A stretch of 62,747 nucleotides of DNA, counting the filler, from Asterionella formosa (lineage: Eukaryota), in assembly GCA_002256025.1 (NCBI GenBank). It is 21 parts of 21 records of this genome, joined end to end, with 100 filler letters (N's around TTAATTAATTAA, not from the genome) between each part and the next. Parts side by side here need not be neighbours in the genome. Positions count along the whole stretch, not along the records: positions 20,984 to 23,878 come from NKIB01014685.1; positions 23,979 to 26,872 come from NKIB01014687.1; positions 26,973 to 29,865 come from NKIB01014688.1; positions 29,966 to 32,858 come from NKIB01014689.1; positions 32,959 to 35,850 come from NKIB01014691.1; 16 more parts are not named here. One strand, 5' to 3'. The position numbers and the translations under genes are program-made. Positions 20,884 to 32,977 of this stretch are shown in pieces. Every line of letters starts with the position of its first letter. Positions within the stretch are counted from its first letter, which is position 1. The notes beneath the pieces are model-generated. The model made no database searches, was not told the origin of the DNA, and was given only the letters and a program-made list of their open reading frames with translations.

Positions 20884-23800
20884 NNNNNNNNNNNNNNNNN
20901 NNNNNNNNNNNNNNNNNNNNNNNNNNNTTAATTAATTAANNNNNNNNNNNNNNNNNNNNNNNNNNNNNNNNNNNNNNNNNNNNACAAGCGTAAAACACAC
21001 GAGAATGATTGTAACATGCAACATCAACGAAAATTGAACATGACGTTTGGAGCAACCAAAGTATGAAATGCGATGTAATAAGTAGCATCAAATGAGAAAT
21101 AGAAAAAATTATTTTGGGTTAGAAATGAAATAAAAAATAAGAGTTCCAATGGAGACTTATGCATTGTGAATCATTGTAGTACTTACACACCAGGCAACAT
21201 TGACTTTCCATCACCACACAATCGAAGACCGAAATAAGAAGGGAAAAGCTGAACCCAATCTTGACCTACATCGTTATGTAGCGTAAATGGTCTGGTTTCT
21301 GCAACCATGCGCATCGCTGTAGTAGCCTGACACCAGTAGCAGTATTTCCGCCACAGTCATTCCTCTCCGCCGCCCACCAAACAAGCAACCCTGATCATTC
21401 CATTCTGAGCAAGCGTGATCGCCACGCTGCTCCCCCAGCACTATTGACTCTCTCTAGCTGAGTATTCATGTAGCTTCTGATACAAACTCGTAGTAGAAAT
21501 GTAGCAAAGCGCGTTAGTACAAGAAAAGCATTGTTGCTTGGCGGAAATATTGACATCATTGTCAACGACTATACAAATCAACAAATACGATCAACAACGG
21601 CACAATAACACATCTTCAATCAGTAGTCATTGATAAATGCATTGGTTCTCATGTAGATATGTACAATCGAAAGAAAATGACAGTGCGTAACGACAAACAA
21701 CGATGGAAGCGATCAAAACAAACCATGGAAGCAATCAAATCGGAAAGTCGGCCCGATAAATACGATCTACAATCCACATTCAGTATTTCACTGTTGTACT
21801 CACCGATCCGCTTCAACTAGCATAAGAAGCAGCAGACGATGGGATAAAAGAAAGACGAACGTTGCCTATTGCAAGCCCGAATAGAGCAAAGGCAGGCAAG
21901 ATAGAGTGAGAACTATATTTATGAGGACAAAATCTGGCATACAGTACGCACGTAAAATCAATTAATATGTGAACGATGTAATTCAACATTTCAGGTCTCG
22001 TAAAAATAATACCGATTCTACAGAGATAATATTATTACGTGTTCAAAGTAAGCGTTAAAGCATAGCTTAAACCATGTCAAGAATATTAGCCCGAGTCACA
22101 AGGATTGTGGACTCGATTGTAATCGAATATTGCATTGCCACGTCAATCAGCTGTCTAACGAGATCAGAGATTGAAGATTTCTATGGAAATGTTAAGTGGA
22201 AACTCGAAGAGAGTCTTAGAATGACTTTGCAGGAAGCAAAGATGCATGGAAAGGAAACATTTAGTTTAGCTTATAATTTAATTTGAGTTTTAGATTATCA
22301 ACCGAGGAAACAGTGTGTTAATTGACAGTAAGGTCAATTAGTCTATCTAGCAGGAAGGCTAGAAGAAGAGACAAGAGAGAAAGTAAGTGGTACTAGGTAG
22401 TACTACGATCACGTAAGAGTCTACGTGAAGAGAGATCCAACCCGCGGGAAGGAGTACGGACCATTTCAACAAAACCATGCATGGTTGTTTTTAGTACCAC
22501 GTATGTATGTAGACTACCGGTGGATGACTGCCGGTACCGGTAGAATATCCATTAAGCATCATTACATACATGACCGGAGCAAAAACTTGCCACCAACATC
22601 AGATGTATCGATATCATCGTTCATCCGACGAAATATGGACGATGCGACTACATGAATGCCTCGAGAAGACAAGCAATCCAACAATCAACCGCATCCGTTA
22701 GGCAAAGAATCGCTGCTGGCGTCATCGCGGAACTGATTTCGCTTCAAACCGGTCATGATGGACGACGATTGGCTGGCATGGTGAAAGGTGAATTGCCGGA
22801 GTCCACTTTTCAGGAGACGAACAAAAACGAGGTGAATTCTAGATATAAATTATTAGAATCTGTGTAGTATATAAAATGGTTTCCTTAAGTAGACCCCTTG
22901 CCGATTTTGGCAATCCCAGGGCTGGAAAACCGAGGGGCAATTGGCGTCTGTTGTCTTGCCAAATGCGAAGACATGAAATATCCAAAACATATTTTAATGA
23001 TGGGCAATATTGGACCTTTGGCAATTTTCGAGGTGAAGATAGGAAATATTCAAAATATATTTTATATGATGGGCAATAGTAGGCTAAATTTGTGGGCAGT
23101 AGGTAAGAGAATGACACGACGATAGCTAGAACGGGAATTGCCTCAACAATACCCTTCTCGGCGGCTACCGGTACTTGCCTTTTCGTACACATGTGTACTC
23201 GCAGGCAAGAGACCACCTCGGGCGTGTATTGCCTTCAGCAATAACGGTAGGAATGCTGTGCCATATCATAACAGCTGGTACGCCCTCAATAAGTACCCTA
23301 TGCAAATGTCTAACAATTTGAAATTTTGACTCTCTTGCGATGGTGATGAATACGGGAACGAGATTGCTCGGGTTCTCCGGGGAATTGGTGACTTGCTGCT
23401 TCTTACCGCAACTGATGAATCAGATATTCATAGTATTTGATGGGCACTAGTTACCACGTACCAGGTATTGGTACAACGTGGTTGTACCATCAACGTAGAT
23501 ACATACTAACCTAGTAAAATGTACTGCTGGAATGGGCTCAAGTCACAACTTGTTGGACCTACCATTACAGGAGGGCACTAACAGGCCAATTTGTCTTTAG
23601 ATAGCATCTTATCAATGGGGCGGTTTGTAGAAAACGCATAGCACAGTACACTCTAATTCATCATGAAACTTTTTCTCGAACTTCTTCGTTCGTAAATTGC
23701 ATACTACATGAAAGTCACAAGCTAATACCGGTAGTATGTTCTGTGAAATAAGCCACAACAGCAATGAATACCCAATTGATATCATAACAAGCAAAGATCA

Positions 23801-24211
23801 GATCCCCTTCCCTCGAGAAGTTAAAGAACAGTTGTCATGGATTCCCCCTTTATCGAACACAGGCAAAAGCGCAACAAANNNNNNNNNNNNNNNNNNNNNN
23901 NNNNNNNNNNNNNNNNNNNNNNTTAATTAATTAANNNNNNNNNNNNNNNNNNNNNNNNNNNNNNNNNNNNNNNNNNNNGCAAGCAATATTCTCAAGGGAG
24001 GTCTGCAAAAAGAAGATTCCAATTTGCTTTGCGTATGTTGGAAAATACAATGTACAGGTGGGCTTTAGAAATACCCACTTACTGTTTTTTGGGAATTCGT
24101 CCCAGACAGAACACTTGGAATCGATTTTCGCTAGAGTATGTAGTTTCTAGAGGGACAGTGTACAATACATGCATATATTATGTTATTAGGGTATACCAAA
24201 TATGTATCGAG

Positions 24212-24853
24212 GCTGAAGCAGGAGGTATCACTACGATTCTGTCTGCAATGAAGACTCATTCCTCCAATGCTACTGTGCAAGAGAATGGTTGTGGAGCACT
24301 TAGGAACTTGGCTGTGAATGAAAACAACAGGGTAACGATTGCTGAAGCAGGAGGTATCATTACGATTCTGTCTGCAATGAAGACTCATTCCTCCAATGCT
24401 ACTGTGCAAGAGTATGGTTGTGCAGCACTTGATGACTTGGCTGATAGTAATGAAAACAACAAGGTGGCCATTGCTGAAGTAGGAGGTATCCCTCTGATTC
24501 TGTCAGCTATGAATAATTATTCATCCAATGCTAATGTACAACTCCAAGGTTGTGCAGCATTTTGGAACTTGGCTGACAATAATGAAAACAACAAGGTGAC
24601 GATTGCTGAAGCAGGAGGTATTCCTTCAATTCTGTCTGCAATGAAGACTCATTCCTCCAATTCTAGGGTTCAAGAGCATGGTTGTGGAGCACTTTGGAAA
24701 TTGGCTTTGAATAATGGCAGCAACAAGGTGACGATATCCGATGCTGGTGGAAAAGCCCTAATTGAGTCTGCTATGCGAAATTACTCATCCAATGATGGTG
24801 TTCAAGAAAAAGGTAATGGAGCACTTCTCAATTTGACCCATTGTGGGAAATGA
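24212..24853 (+). CDS. Armadillo-repeat protein fragment (5 repeats of 43-44 aa); true start unclear
   Basis: Tandem AEAGGI..ILSAMKTHSSNATVQE.GCGAL.NLA units with a 129-132 nt period. The upstream part of ORF 24029 is not repeat-like. Confidence 0.8.
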   Translation, partial: AEAGGITTILSAMKTHSSNATVQENGCGALRNLAVNENNRVTIAEAGGIITILSAMKTHSSNATVQEYGCAALDDLADSNENNKVAIAEVGGIPLILSAMNNYSSNANVQLQGCAAFWNLADNNENNKVTIAEAGGIPSILSAMKTHSSNSRVQEHGCGALWKLALNNGSNKVTISDAGGKALIESAMRNYSSNDGVQEKGNGALLNLTHCGK

Positions 24854-24870
24854 TCATCATGGTAATAATT

Positions 24871-25110
24871 GCTGAAGCAGGAGGTATTCCAACAATTCTT
24901 TCTGCGATGAGGACTCATTCCTCAAATGCTACTGTGCAAGAATATGGTTGTGGAGCACTTTAGAAGTTGGCTTTGAATAATGTCAGCAACAAGGTGACGA
25001 TATCTGATGCTGGTGGAAAAGCCCTAATTGAGTCTGCTATGCGAAATTACTCGTCCAATGCTGGTGTTCAAGAAAAAGGTAATGGAGCACTTTGCAATTT
25101 GTGGAAATGA
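24871..25110 (+). pseudogene. Duplicated last two ARM repeats with an internal stop
   Basis: Copy of about 24605-24853. TAG at 24961 replaces TGG. The terminal GGAAATGATCA is also duplicated. Confidence 0.8.
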
Positions 25111-26142
25111 TCATTATGGTTATATTTAGGAGGATCATTTAGTTTATATTATTGTAATTACGGAACTGTTATGTCTTGATTATCAATAAGTAGGTTATGT
25201 TTTTGTTAAACTGTTAGTTGAAATTTACGTTTACACTCTTCTTAATGGATGTTTCCCTGATTATGATACAAACATTCTGAGCGATGCTTGTTTTGTAAAC
25301 TCGTTCATATTGCATACAGAAGGATCCATCAACATGGAGATGGACATGGAGATGAATAGCACACCGTCACCATCTGGGGGTAGCCGGAATGAAACAAGTC
25401 CTTATATAATGTATTCGCAACAGCAACAAATCAGACATGATTCCTCGGAGAAAGTGATGAGTGAGTACCAGGTACCTGTCGTATCCCAGTCGTCTTGGTC
25501 TACAGTATTAGGGGTTTATTATATATAGAGGAGGATCAGAACAGCTGGATATGTTCCGATCCTGAGAATTTGAGAAAAAGAAATACGTATGTTTGCATAC
25601 CAAGTCAATTCAGTGATTACGTATGCACTATTTACGTATGGAATCAGAATTACCCTACAGGAAGAGAGGAATGGATTGACCATTGGAGATCATTTCCATT
25701 TTTCACAGTTTATATCATAATTTTAGTTTACGTTTTACATTTTAACCTTTATTATCCGGTACTGCCACTGAGAATATCGTCACTGTTTAAGACGGTTTCT
25801 GGTTAAGAAGGTTAGCCAGCCCCCATTTTCCCTCCACTACATAATATGTCATATTAGGAGAAAGTTATAGTGATCACGTTTTTACTATTTACATAGCAAA
25901 ATACTATGGCCCATATTTCGATTCATGACGTAAGTTTGCAATATATTAGCTTTTTTGATGAAAATGTAACTTCGTCAAAGCATAGAATTTCTGGCATCGG
26001 AAGCGATTTCAGGGATGAAGTCTCTGGCTCATTATCGAAGAAAGTATACAATTGAGGAAATGGTAAGTTGTCCAAAATCATGATGTCATAACTTCGGCAA
26101 GACCATCATCATCGTTGTAGCTGTTGATTGTTATTTGCACTA

Positions 26143-26251
26143 ATGTCCTGTCGTTGCTCTTGTAAGCACAGCGGATGATGCAATGTGGCTGGAGGAGGAA
26201 CGGCAGGGGAGACATGTCCTGTCGTTGCTCTTGTAAGCACAGCGGATGATG
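26143..26251 (+). repeat. 38-bp perfect direct repeat, period 71
   Basis: ATGTCCTGTCGTTGCTCTTGTAAGCACAGCGGATGATG at 26143 and 26214. Confidence 0.9.
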
Positions 26252-26320
26252 GGGAGGGGGGCATCGAACTGAATGCAGGAAGAAATAATCAGCAATCAGC
26301 CGCATGTGACAGGGTCGATT

Positions 26321-26872
26321 TCAAGGAATAATGAGACAGCAAGCAATCTCCGGTGTTAGGGATCCAAAAAGTTGAGATCCCAAAGGGGACAAAGCTGTGA
26401 TGTCTGTCCTACCGTCGTTGCAATCAGTGTTATCCCAATCACAAAAATTATATTCAGAAGCAGTTCCATTATCATGCAACCATGATTCGCCTGAAAGGAG
26501 ATCACCAGTCGCATAATTGAACACCGCCAGCACATAGAATTGCAAAACAACATAGTCTGTGGCACTATTATAAAGTGTCGACTTGCTTCTCCAACCTTGT
26601 AAGTGCCTTTTTTGTGAGGAGCCAGTAGTTGAAAGTGCTGTTCCGTTATCAAACGAATGTTCAGCCAAGAATCCAAACAAACTTTGAGATGGGCTTACTG
26701 ATGGAGTTTCTGATGGAGCCAATGTTTTGAGTGATGTTTTTTTTTAGCTGAATTGGGATGGAAACGAAGATGTCAATTACCAAAAATATTAACAAAGCAG
26801 TCTTCACTTGACGTTGACATTGGGCTGTTTCTTCTGCTTCAACGTCAACAAGAGAGGCACTGCTGGCAAGTT
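26321..26872 (-). pseudogene. Diatom-type LRR membrane protein fragment (Pro/Ser/Thr linker and LRR N-cap), truncated
   Basis: APSETPSVSPS, TGSSQ, LQFYVLAVFNYATG, SWL..FCDW..C..ITAL...LFGSLTPEI, then a stop before any LRR array. Confidence 0.65.
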
Positions 26873-27981
26873 NNNNNNNNNNNNNNNNNNNNNNNNNNNN
26901 NNNNNNNNNNNNNNNNTTAATTAATTAANNNNNNNNNNNNNNNNNNNNNNNNNNNNNNNNNNNNNNNNNNNNGGATAGGCGAACGACATAGTGGCTGGAG
27001 GCGATGTGGACAATTGAATCTATATGAGTCGGGAGGATGCCTTGTTGTTCACCCCTTTGTCCAATGATGCCGGTGTGCTGCATTTACCTGTTGCTTGGTG
27101 TTGTATGTTGTATGTATACCCAGTTGTACGAGGGAGTTCTCGTAGCTCGTACATAATGTGATACCAGGGTACCTGGTACCAGGTACCACTGTATTAGATA
27201 TGCCGCCAACTATGCATGCTGCCTGGCAGGTAGCCGGTATGTACGACAGGGGAAATAACAAAGGCAAGACTACGACCAGGTACCTGGTACCGGGGAATGC
27301 TAACGGTATGTAGGTACAACGTGCAGTGGTATGTTTAGGCATAGATTTTATGCATTTTTGGATTCATGCATGTGTCGTACATACTGTGTATTACAGGATC
27401 GGCTACCAGAACCATTGTACATGATACCTGTATGTACATTCCGTTACCAGTTACCTGGTCCCTGGTGCCAGTACCGGTAGTCTGCCAGAGGGGTTTCTGT
27501 ATCTCAGCTGGTATACCGAGATATAACAAGGGACTCCAGTACAAGGGTAGTAGCAGTTTCAGATATTCAGCGAGTTCAAGTACCAGGTACTCCAGTGTTC
27601 CAGAGATGGGTCGTGAAGAATGGTCTTGTACGACTCCAAATCTGAACGGTGCTCCTGTGCAAAAATGAACGGGACCACAACCGCTTGTTGTGATCTTGTT
27701 TCCAAAAGGGTTTCCGGGTTGTGTAGGTGTGTTTGTCGAGCCCAAATATTGCCTGCACGAACAACTGCTACCGGTACTACCGGTACCTGGTACCTGCACC
27801 AGGTCGTATGTATCGCTAAAGACATTGCAAAGAATCATACCTATATACCATGATACTCCGACCATGCATAATCATGCATACATACATACCACTGGAGGGG
27901 CAGTCGACTATGTACTACCCAGAAAGAAAATGCCACACCGTGAAATATGATCACCCAAATTAATAATTTTGGTGGCCCACT

Positions 27982-29421
27982 GGGCGCGCTCTGATATTTA
28001 AAATTATTCTATCATGTGCGTATAACACAAATTATTTTGGGGATTTGATACAAAATAACATTGTCGCGCTCTGATAATCAAGATATTTTACATTAGTCAT
28101 CTGACATTTTATATAAATTTAACTTTAATTTATAACAGTTATAGTTTCATAGTGATGCATGATCCTCTTGCGTCCTCGTCTTATTCAGCCTCTTGTTCAT
28201 TGTCCACATGAGTTCCATAATTTCACTAATGTCAGTCACTGACCAGCATGTCGGCTTACCTCTCCTCATCTCCTGATGACAAGGATGATGCCATGACTGA
28301 GTGAACTTAAAACATGAGACAGAGACATAGAAATTTCAGCTTTTCTCAAGAAGAAACAAGCCTCTGATCGTCAAATCAGGCCAACAGAACTTTCACAACA
28401 AGGTATTGCTCTCCAAGAGCAAATGAAGACAGTCAGAGGGACTTGCATCGTTTGTTTGCCCATGCTATGGACTGAGCCCAACCTGTTCCTGCTTTTCAAC
28501 GACAAGTTCTTATCAATCCCCATAGCAATGGAGGTGAAATCAATCAAGTTTTCGATGAAATTGAAAATAAATTTCAGCAAAGGCAAGAGCGATTGGCAGC
28601 AAGCCCGCCAACTTATTCCTGACTTTCAAACAAGACAAAAAGATTGTATCAATTCCCATGGGGACGGAGGTGAAATCAATCCAGTCTTGATGACATTGAA
28701 AATCAATATCAACAGCTGCGAGAGGAAGTGACAGCAAATCCAAATGTATTGCAGCTTGTAGATGGATACAATCATGAGGTACCAGCGGAGATATTAAGTG
28801 GACTGTTTTTTGTCTGGAAAATAAGTTCCCTGCTGCAGACGCCATTGTACATAGGATGCTACAGTAACAAAGGTCTGTGGTGAACACAATTTCTTCATTT
28901 ACAAGCACAGCAAATGTATTTTAGTTTATGGCAGTGTTGACGATGTAGTGACATTAAAGCTAACAAACAAATGTATAGAATGATATAATGTGCTCTGTTT
29001 CTTCATTTCGCCTTCTAATTATCAATCAGTGCAGACATTGCACATGAGTTAATATTGGCTGCGACCTCTAAGATTGTATTGCAGGTGGATTGTGAGCAAG
29101 AAGACATGATCACAACAAAACTGGAAGCAGACGTGGATTGATGATACCTTTATGATGATTGATGTGTATATGTATATGCATACCAACATCGTTTTTTTGG
29201 TAAGAGCAAGAAGCCATTTCGGGTATGAGCAAGCAAGTCTTGAAATATTAAGGAAAAAATTATATGCAGTCATTCATGCCTAAACATCTTCTTATATAAT
29301 GCACTGTTATGCATAACTGTAAAAAATTTGGTCAACATAAACACAAATTTTGGGGTTATGGGTACAACGATTTGTGTTATAATACACAGGTTATAATAAT
29401 TTTTAATATCAGAGCGCGCCC
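27982..29421. mobile_element. 1,440-bp non-autonomous TIR DNA transposon (PIF/Harbinger-like) with a 3-bp ACT target-site duplication
   Basis: Left end GGGCGCGCTCTGATATTTAAAATTATT..TATAACACAAAT and right end ATTTGTGTTATA..AATAATTTTTAATATCAGAGCGCGCCC. ACT at 27979-27981 and 29422-29424. No intact ORF inside. Confidence 0.8.
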
Positions 29422-32331
29422 ACTAAATCAAATTGGGGTACATGCATTGAATGTATATAAGAAATTGTGATGCATTATAGAATATACCCATATATGATAA
29501 GAGTGAACTAAACTAGTTTCGACAATTTCCATAAAATAACTCCTGTAAAACAATCACGCAAACAATACTGGCGTGGTCTGCAATTTCGTATGAGTGCACC
29601 ATGAGGACCTCCAATTTTAACACCCTTCAACTAATATTGTATGATGAACGTTATCTCATAAATTCGATATTTTTCATTTGCAGATGATTAGTACTACTAC
29701 GGTAGATGATGTAACAGCCCAGTGACCATCATGAAAAATTTGATCATCACAAGAATCCCGGCTTCCACTTTCCACATGCCTCGCCAATGGAACAAATTCC
29801 TACTCCCATTCAGATGAGCTCCTATATGTTAGCAGCTTGATAACCGCTGATACTGAATGTTCTGTNNNNNNNNNNNNNNNNNNNNNNNNNNNNNNNNNNN
29901 NNNNNNNNNTTAATTAATTAANNNNNNNNNNNNNNNNNNNNNNNNNNNNNNNNNNNNNNNNNNNNATATCAATTGGACATTGAGATCGGTTTGATGCATG
30001 CACCAACCACCCCTTCCTTGTCTTGGCAATGCCTTTATGGATACTGACATCAGCAGCATGCAGAGCGAGGAGGTGGAACATCTGGCAGTGCTTTTGGTAG
30101 CTAGAACCTGCTCTCCTCAGTGACAGACTGTGACATACCATGCAATCAGTGTTTGTCATTTTGACTGAACAGGTGCATCACCATCTCATTTATACCATTA
30201 CACTATGGACTTCATAATCACAATTTTATATGGATCAGCCATTCCATGACTGGTTTGTACAACCTTCACCTTCTCTCAAAGGGCATTAAATCAGAGCCTT
30301 GTCTTCTGGTGCTTGCCATTTTGTGCAATCCATTGAAATCATGTGGTGTTTTGCATTTGCTCCATGAGATTTGGTACCAGCCATTTAAAAACTGATTTGA
30401 ACCTCCATCGAAATTATTTTATCGCTTTCAACCTTTTTACATATAGAATAGCACATTTTGTCATGAATTTCTGATTGAATACAAATCTGAAGCGATTCTT
30501 CTGTAGCCGAGCATGTAGCGCTTCTCTATGTGTGAAGGAGCTACTCTGAACATTCAGTTGTATGATCGGTATTTTTGTGTGAAAGTGGCAATCAACTTTT
30601 TTGACAAAATAGATGTTAACCACATCCTTAGGGAGTACAAGCATATGTGCACATCCATGAATTAGGTAAACCTTATTATCATATGTGTATTTAGATTTCA
30701 CATACATTTATTTAGCCCTTTAGTAGTAATCATACCAAGTGTTTGTAGTACCAGTAATTTATGGCGAATACTCATTATGAAACATTGTAATTCGTCTTCC
30801 CTATGGAGCATAAATTAATTCTGCATTAAGAAATTTTTATATACAGCTTTGAACCTCTATAATGGATAAATACATCATCATAAACAACGCATAGCTTCGG
30901 TTGTAACCATAATCCTCCACCTCTTGTGATTATCTGGAACATCTGCGATGATTGAAATTGATATATCAGTGTTAAGTCATACTATCAATCAAACGTAGTT
31001 AAACAAAGATTCGAAGCAGTTTTGAACTGGGACCAGTAGATTCTTTCCAACAGAAAAGTGAAGCCAGTGGTCATTCGTTTCGTGATGTTAATTGATTTTT
31101 CTTGAGCTGTTCAATTTGTTTTTGCAAGATCATCACCATCCACACTGTTGCGTGCATCTTTTCTCCACTAGATTTCTCAATGACAAATGGGAGACCATGC
31201 TTGAATGCTACGTCTTTCTTATGATTACTTACTGTTGGGGTCCTTTTAATGAACCCTTTTGCTTGGAGATATTACCTATTTGCCAAGAGAAGTTGCCATT
31301 GTAACCCAAAAAATATCTAGTAAGGAGAAAAATAGTTTTCAAAGTCGTCAAATCTTTACATGAGCAGAAGCATGGACTGAAATGGAATCCCGAATAACAC
31401 ATCATGGAGCGCTACTGAGCAAGTACTCGAGGACATGATTGAAAGGTGTGGTAGCAATCGATACATAGGGAACCAGCCACATTTCTTCTCTTTGTTCATA
31501 ATTCTTCTAAGCTAGAATTACAAGTAAGCAAGGGAATGGCTTTGTGGTCCTTACTAGGCCCATCAGTTCCCTCTGGTCTGAAGTTGTGTGGTTTGATTCC
31601 CGCAATTCTTTTGAAAAGCAATTGTTGGGTTCGATTCCCACACTGCTGGTAGTTACCACCCCGCATGTCCTTGTAGTATGGTGAGCAGGAATCATGTGTG
31701 GTACGTTAGAGGTGGCTGATCATGTATTGAAAAATAAATTCGTAGATGAAGTATAGTGGGGAAGCGGAGATACAATTGATTGTGGGGAGATAGCATTGTT
31801 TCAATTTATAGTTTCAACACACAGCATGTAAAACACCTATCTACTCTGTAGGGATATGAGCCATTCATTTAATGAATGTATGAAACTAGGAATATTCACT
31901 TTGATTATAATTAAAGCAGAGAAATTTTTTAATTATTATATGGAATCCATTGCCTTTTGAGGAAAGCAAGAGCAATCGCAATTGATCAGTAGCAGCACGA
32001 AGATACAGCAATACCAGCAACTGATATGGCACAGCCAGCGAAGGCCTACCAAGAGGAATTTGAAAGTAGAAAGAAAACAGAAAGTTGAAGCACCATGGTG
32101 ACAATACAAGAATTTGGCGAATTTGGTAGCACTTGGAGTTGAGAAGATTGAAATACTGAATGATTGTTGGAGTTTTTTATGAGCTGGTTGATTGGTGAAG
32201 TCCAAAGCAACTAACTTTTGCCTTTAACCTTCTGGCACTGAATAAAATGTAAAAATGCTTTCTGTCACAGGATAAGTTTACATACCGTGTTCTTAACTTT
32301 TATCATTGAGACCCCATCCAGATTACGGCAC

Positions 32332-32856
32332 CTAGCTATCCTTGTTGTCAAGAGGGGTTGCAATAGGTATGACATATTCAGCTGGAACAACATAAATTGG
32401 TTCCTCAGTTTGTGCCATTTGGTAGGGGGGAGCACTTGGAATGACAGTTGGATTCAAAGCAGGTGGGTTTTCATACCCTTTAACCTGGGACCAACAAAAG
32501 CATCCAATACTCAGAGGCAGAGTCACCAACAAGGCAATCATACCCCACAACCGAGTTGCAAATATATGAACTGTGACTACCTCATCGGCCTGGATTAAAA
32601 TGCAGCTATGCCTATCTCTTCTGTTCAAAGTGCATTCAGTTGTTTTTTCGCAAGCGGCACTTTTCTGACCTGTCAAATCAAAGGATGTAAGGTCCACATG
32701 ATATGTGATTGTCAGTCTGCCATGGCTATTTGAGGCATTGTCATATACAACCACATATGTATCTGAATTTGGTGCTGTGTATTGAACATGAATAGTTTGT
32801 CCCTTGGCTGCATATCGTTCAAGAATGGCTCCCTTGTAAATTTTAGTATCAGCTTC
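32332..32856 (-). CDS. C-terminal part of a hypothetical single-pass membrane protein (5'-partial)
   Basis: Frame is open to the contig end. Beta-rich ectodomain (DTYVVVYDN, three Cys), hydrophobic LWGMIALLVTLPLSIGCFCW and a Pro-rich tail with PSAPPY. Confidence 0.65.
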   Translation of the reverse strand, partial: EADTKIYKGAILERYAAKGQTIHVQYTAPNSDTYVVVYDNASNSHGRLTITYHVDLTSFDLTGQKSAACEKTTECTLNRRDRHSCILIQADEVVTVHIFATRLWGMIALLVTLPLSIGCFCWSQVKGYENPPALNPTVIPSAPPYQMAQTEEPIYVVPAEYVIPIATPLDNKDS

Positions 32857-32977
32857 AGNNNNNNNNNNNNNNNNNNNNNNNNNNNNNNNNNNNNNNNNNN
32901 NNTTAATTAATTAANNNNNNNNNNNNNNNNNNNNNNNNNNNNNNNNNNNNNNNNNNNNCAGCGCGGAAACAAGCAAA

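Noticed and set aside
21180..21900. Possible minus-strand exons ending in GTAAGT and GTGAGT donors
   Set aside because: They contain stops and no recognisable product; I cannot support a gene model.
27049..27950. Cluster of short ORFs rich in VPGT/GTRY/YQVP
   Set aside because: These peptides are translations of the GGTACC motif chains, not genes.
29966..32200. Short ORFs in contig 11
   Set aside because: AT-rich, interrupted and without recognisable homology.
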